In this document: piece after piece, positions 58,150 through 64,000 of the stretch
Numbering within the stretch: the first letter of the stretch is position 1
Layout: every line of letters starts with the position of its first letter
Origin: Eledone cirrhosa
Lineage: Eukaryota
NCBI GenBank assembly: GCA_964016885.1
Contig: OZ024741.1
Location: forward strand, 404,488,001-404,552,000
Reading direction: 5' to 3'
Length of the DNA stretch: 64,000 nucleotides
Program-made: the position numbers and the translations under genes
The notes under the pieces: generated by a model
Databases searched by the model: none
What the model saw: the letters and a program-made list of their open reading frames with translations, nothing else
Told to the model about the DNA's origin: nothing

Positions 58150-58430
58150 AGGAGAGCTAGGCAGCAGAAGGTCTTCAGAGAAGAAACTATCAAGAGAGCT
58201 AGACAGCAGAAGGTCTTCAGAGAAGAAACTCTCAGGGGAGCTGGACAACAGGTCTTCAGAGAAGAGACTGGGGAGAGCTAGGCAGCATAAGGTCTTCGGA
58301 GAAGAAACTATCAGGAGAGCTGGACAGCAGAAAGTCTTGAGAGAAGAAACTATCATGAGAGATGGACAATAGAAGGTTTTCAGAGAAGAAACTATCATGA
58401 GAGCTAGGCAGCAGAAGGTCTTCAGAGAAG
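58150..58430. repeat. ~39-bp tandem repeat (gagagctaggcagcagaaggtcttcagagaagaaactatca), ~7 copies
   Basis: Direct observation. Confidence 0.9.
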
Positions 58431-59833
58431 TGAGCCCCCTCAAGTTAGTGTTTTAGCTCTTAACTTCTTACATATTAAGTGAGCCGGGCCGCATCTAGGT
58501 CATGACATTTAGCCATTCAGATATCGGAGATTTGTGTATTTAAACCGTCAGGAGATTTTATTGTTAAGATCTAGCTGGAACTCATCAAACTTATATTTAA
58601 ACACTTTCTTGAACTGGTAAAATAACATTTGTGTGTGGTGGGTCTGTGTGTGTATGTGTGTATGTCTGTGCGTGTATGTTTGTGTGGTTGTGTATAAGTG
58701 TTTTTGTGTGTGCTTCTGTGTGTGCGTATGTGTACGTGTGAAATTCTTAGGTGGGATTTATGAGAAGCTAAACAACAACTTGGAAAATCACGAGAACGTC
58801 TGTCGGTTTTCTCTCCATTTCTCTACGCTTAAATCACAGTGAAACCACAGTGGACTGGTAGCAAGTATATGTTGTAAGATGCCATGATTCTTGCTAAACG
58901 TGTTGGGCATAATATTCTTAAATAGGTATTGCTTTATGGCATAGAGTTACGGCCCTTTACTTTCTGAGTTCAAATCCTACCGAGGATTGCTTTGCCTTTC
59001 ATCCTTATGAAATCGATAAAAGAAGATACCAGTAACGCACAGGGGTCAATTTAATCGACTTTTTCCTCCCCTAAAAATTGTTGGTTTTTGTGCCTAAATA
59101 AAATAAACATTATTTTAGGGGTGGTGGATTGGCAGTTCAAATCCCGCCGAGGTTAACTTTGTCTTTCATCCTTACGGGGTTGATAAAATAAAGTACCAGT
59201 AATGCACTGGTTAATTGCTGGCCTTGTCCCAAAAGTAGAAACAATTATTTTATAGGTATCCTGAAAGCGGTGGATTGGCAATAAGCGGTAGAGCGTCGGA
59301 CAAGATAATTTGTGGCATATAGTTACGTCCCTTCACTCTCTGAGTTCAAATTCCACAGGATTACCTTTGTATTTCATCGATAAAATAAAGTACCAGTAAT
59401 GTACTAAGGTCGGTATAATCAACTTACCCCTCCCCCCAAAAAAAATTGTGGCCTTGTGCCTGAATCAGAAACCAGATTATTGCCAATCCACCGTCCTCAC
59501 TTTAATAATGGTTACTTTATTGGCCACAAGGGCTTACCCTCACTTTAATAATGGATAATGAAGTGTGTCTGTTAGTAACCAGCGTCATTTCAACAATGTT
59601 TACATATTATTTGGCAAAATGTGTTTCTAAACATAACCTAAACAGAGAGGATTAAATACAATTTCAAATGGCTATTGAGAGGTATTGAACACTATTTCTT
59701 TTTCACCCATACACTTCAAATATATTCGAACTTACTGAATATTAAAGTTTCTTATATATCCACAAAAACAACCAATCTTGTACAGACCTACGAGGATATG
59801 TTAGCCGTTGATGGTGTATTTTCAGCGTACTAA

Positions 59834-60025
59834 TAATTGTTTCTACTTTTTGCATAAGGACAGCAATTATCCCAGTGTATTACTGGTACTTTATTTGATC
59901 GACCCCGTAAGGATGAAAGTAAAAGTTAACGTTGGTGGGATTTGAACTCGGACCGTAAAGGGCCGTAACTCTATGTTGCAAAGCATGGTGTCCGACTATC
60001 TACCGATTCTACCAATCCACCGCCC
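59834..60025 (-). mobile_element. SINE S1 with ~19-bp TSD
   Basis: ttttcagc(gt/ag)actaataat on both sides. Confidence 0.85.
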
Positions 60026-60617
60026 TTTTCAGCAGACTAATAATAAAAAAAACATCTTCAGCCATATTTATACTATCGACTCAATTGTTTGGAAGCAATC
60101 TATAAATATATTTCTAAAAACGTAAAAAAATAATCAATATTTATTTTCATGAATAAGACAAATTTAAAAGAATTCGTCATGATGTCCTGTCTTAAAACAT
60201 CCTTTCATTATTTCCACCGATAAAATAAAGTACCAGTAATGCACTGGGTAATTGCTGGCCTTGTGCCAAAAGTAGAAACAATTATTTCCACCGAGACCTT
60301 TCATTGCCAAACTTAATTTAGTTTCGTCCTTTTAGTCTTCTATTAAAATCTAATTATCTGTCATACTTTCAGAATGAAAAAAACGGCTGATCCCTCCAAT
60401 TAATAGAAACTAAAAGTGGGTGAAGTTGGGAGAGAGAAGGCGAGAAAGGATTGAACATGGACATATGTATGTAGAGAGGGGGGGGGGGGGGGTAGATAGA
60501 GACGGAGAGAGGGATAGATAGATAGATAGATATATAGATAGATATATAGATAGATACATACATACATACATAGATAGAGACAGGTAGAGAGAGAGAAACA
60601 TAGATAAACAGGTAGAA

Positions 60618-60647
<30 letters not shown>

Positions 60648-60649
<2 letters not shown>

Positions 60650-63600
60650 TTCTTTATTTGCCACAAGGGCGCAAAAAGTTGGGGACAAATACAGAGTGGG
60701 GAGTCTACATACACGCGTGTAAAAAAATAGGATTAATAAAAATAATAAATAACAAATGACAATTAACAATTGAAATCCCCAATGGGGGGGGGGGGAGGCG
60801 TTACACATGCGTTGTAGACACCCCGAAAAAATGTACAACCCTCATCTCCAGGAGCACGAATAGTGAGCGCTCCCCTCCTCTCTTCCTCTTTTTCCTCAAC
60901 CTACAGGTTTATATAAAGAGACGGCCCAACCACTCGAGCCATCCTTGCCACATTCACCCACCTTTCTTAAGAATTTGCTGGAGTGCAGCACCTCTCTCTC
61001 CACTCTGATTCTTCTTCTAAAATGATATTTGAAGAAGCGAAACAGTTGTTTGTCGGAGAGAAAGGTGTCTGACCTCAGCCCTTTCAGTCTCGTCCACCAT
61101 ATAGCCGCTTTCACCATAGCCATTGCACAGGGGAAAACCGCCTCTCCTTCGTTTTTGAAGGAAGGTGGCGGTTTGATTGCAATAATGGACTCGGTGGTCA
61201 ACCGGATTTGTCCCACCCGCGACAGTAGTCGTTCTGCATAACTCCACAGGTCGGTAACGCCCGGCCAGTGTACGAATGCGTGCGCGACGGTTTCCTCGTC
61301 CCGCATGCATCTAGAGGGATCCCTGCCGGGCGCCCATGTCTGTAGAGCTTGTCTCGAACGGGTAGAGATCCTCGGTAGCACTGCCAGGCCAGGGACTTTT
61401 GGAAGTTGTCCATCGGTCCCGGGCTGAATGTCCTACCGAACAGGTTGGTCAGTTCTTCTTCCTCTACGCCTAGAGTTTCTACGTGAGTGTCATCTCACTT
61501 GCTGCGGACTAACCCTTTATAGAATGACGAGGTGGAGTCTCCACTGATCGCTGGGTCCGTTTGCCAGAGGACTGTGAGCACCTGAGCACATTCAATGTGC
61601 TAGTCGCCCATTTTCCTCGGTCTTTGCTTGACCCAGGACTGCAGCTTGGTCAGCGAGACGAGTCGCGGGAAGGCTCGACTCACGAACAGAGACCACACCG
61701 GTTGTTCGGTGAGGAATACGTGGAGGTGCCGCAGACTGAGTGCTTGTTTGCGCATCGTCAGCCACGGCTTCCCCAGCCCTCCGTTTGAAGGGTGTTGACA
61801 GTAGATGGATCTTCTCACCAAAGGAGCGCGCTTCTTCCAAAGAACGCGCGCTCCATGTTGATGAGCGTTTTACTTGGACAAGGTAAGATGGTGAAGCGGT
61901 AGTATGACGGACGCTATGAAAGCGTTCGCCACCTCCGCTCGACCTTTCAAGGATATTTTGCACTCGGCCCACTTCTGGGCGACCGCAAGCGCCTTGGCCG
62001 TCACCTCGTTCCAGTTTTTCTCCCCGAGCTGCTTCACCGGTTCCTCCGTCCAGCGTCCGACAACGTCATCGGAAGGCATCGGTTTGCCTCTCCACGATCT
62101 GAGTTGCAAACCGACGGACTTGTTCCGGTTCAGCTTCGCTCCTGTGAACCTTTCGTATTCCTTCAGTAAGGTGCCGACTTCCCCGATTTGCGAGGTGCTC
62201 GACACCATTACTGTCATGTCCTCGGCGTAGGCCGACGCCACTTTTGGCAGTCCCGGTTCCAATGGGATGCCCTGCAACAGCTCCAACTTCCGCAGTAGTG
62301 GGTCGAGAGTCAGTACGTACAGAAGGAAGGAGAGAGGGCATCCCTGTCGGATGGATCGCGTGATATGGAACGGCTCTGAGACGTAGCCGTTCACCTTGAC
62401 CCTTGAGCAGTTGTTGCTGTTGTGCATTGCAGCAATCCAGCCCCTGAACACGGGACCGAAGCCTTCCGCCGCCAGCACCGCATTCAGGTAACGATGGTCA
62501 ACCCTATCGAAAGCCTTAGACTGATCCAAGTTGATCAGGGCTCCACCGAAGCCGGGTTTACACATACCCTCTCTATGATGTATCGCATGAGGTGGAGGTT
62601 GTCGTGTATGGACCTGGTCGGGATTGCGCATGTCTGCGCTTCTCCCACCAGGTTTTCGACGACAAGCGCCAGCCTCTTTGCCAACACCTTGGCCATAATC
62701 TGTAACTCTGTGCTTAGCAGAGTTATGGGCCTGAGGTTATTAATGTCGTCCGCCTTGTTCTCGTCCTTCCTGACCAGCGTGACTACGCCCTTGATCACAG
62801 AACTGTGAATTCTCCCGTTCTGCTGCCAATTGCAGTAGACCGCTTCCAGGAGATCGGAGAACAAGTCCGGCATTGCTACGTAAAATTCGTACGGTAGACC
62901 GTCGAGACCTGGAGATTTGCGTTAGCCGTATTGGCTCAGTGCGCCCCGAAACTCAGCGGCCGAAATCGGCCTTTCGCAGAACTTCGCCTAGCTGTCCGAG
63001 AGTCACGGTAGGCCGTCGAGGTATGGACCGAAATCCATAGCCCCTCCCGGCGCGCCACCCTGCCCGAACAGTTGAGGAAAGTGCCGCTGAAAGGCCGCGC
63101 ATATTGGCTTCGGCTCACGTATCACGCGTCCGTCTTGCTCCTTCAAAGACCGAATCGTGGACTTGTTGCCACTTTTCGCCTCCGTCACTCGGGCCCAGCT
63201 AACAGCTTTGGCTCCCTCGTTTCCCAGAGCACGTATTTTGCTTCTGACAACGCAACCTTCATGCTTTGCGTCGAAGAACTGGTCCAAGGCCGTTCTCGTT
63301 GCTAGCACGCTGGCTACGTTGCCACTCCTAAGTGCCCCTTCTACTTTATCTACCAGTTCCTTTTCGGTCTTATTTCTATCTAACACCAATTCTTTACTGA
63401 AACCTATCGAGTCTAATCTAACTGCCCTCTTGAGAGAGTACCACCATCTGATGTTGACAATGGCCCCCGCCAAGTGCTGCTTAACTAAAGTGCTAATCCG
63501 TCCACTGTAGGTTTTGCATGTCGGTAGTAGCTGAGTCCCTGTCTATGGGTTTTGTCAAGGTTGACTAAGCAGGTCACTAATTTGTGATCTGAATAGGCAA

Positions 63601-64000
63601 CCATGAACATTTGTGGACAGCTTAACATGTCCATATCCTTCTTTCTAACTAGAACCCTATCTACGTGCGATCTAGATGTTCCGCTACGATTACTCCACGT
63701 CCACAGTGGCACAGTCGGAAAATCTAGTCGATATCTATCGGCCAGGTCAAATCGGCCGATTAACTGTTTGAGGCTGTTATACCCCCTTCTATCGGGACAT
63801 CCTCCCACATAGTCCCAACGTGCATTTGGATTCCAGTCCAGTCTCGCACTAACAGCAGGGAGCGGGACGTTCCCAGAAAAGTCTATAGACGTTTGAAGAA
63901 GTCTGGCCGCGTGTCCCGGATGGGGCATATGCGGCCACCAGCCTGAAGGCTCCACCTTCACTACCTTCAACGTCTAGAACCACCAGTACCGTCTGTGTTA
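60648..64000 (-). mobile_element. Tx1/L1-clade LINE, degenerate ORF2 (EN-RT-zinc finger) plus 3' UTR, abutting (TC)n
   Basis: TWSN..SHVDR..SDHKLV, SPGLDGLPYEFY, LRPITLL, DQSKAFDRVDH, RQGCPLS, AYAED, GGLG, ETVAHAF. 3' end gcaaataaagaaa|tctctctc. Continues past the window edge. Confidence 0.92.

Overview
AT-rich eukaryotic intergenic or intronic DNA with no recognisable host exon. The SINE families and (TA)n/(TG)n density suggest an octopod cephalopod (inference). Nearly all of the window is repeat-derived: two tRNA-derived SINE families, RTE, CRE and Tx1/L1 LINE remnants, mariner remnants, non-autonomous Helitrons, a solo LTR, a piggyBac-type MITE and several satellites. The dominant signal is more than 10 unrelated families of short Penelope-like (PLE) 3' ends sitting in (TA)n tracts. 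Most are fold-backs (an inverted arm plus a longer arm with a tail) and most carry a type I hammerhead ribozyme (HHR), often with non-canonical cores (U3-A8, U4A, U4C). One family is a tandem ~318-nt non-coding HHR repeat that resembles a retrozyme. Several families share an RCTC...GAGY motif just past the end of the shorter arm. All folds, translations and alignments were done by eye, and coordinates are approximate to within a few bp.
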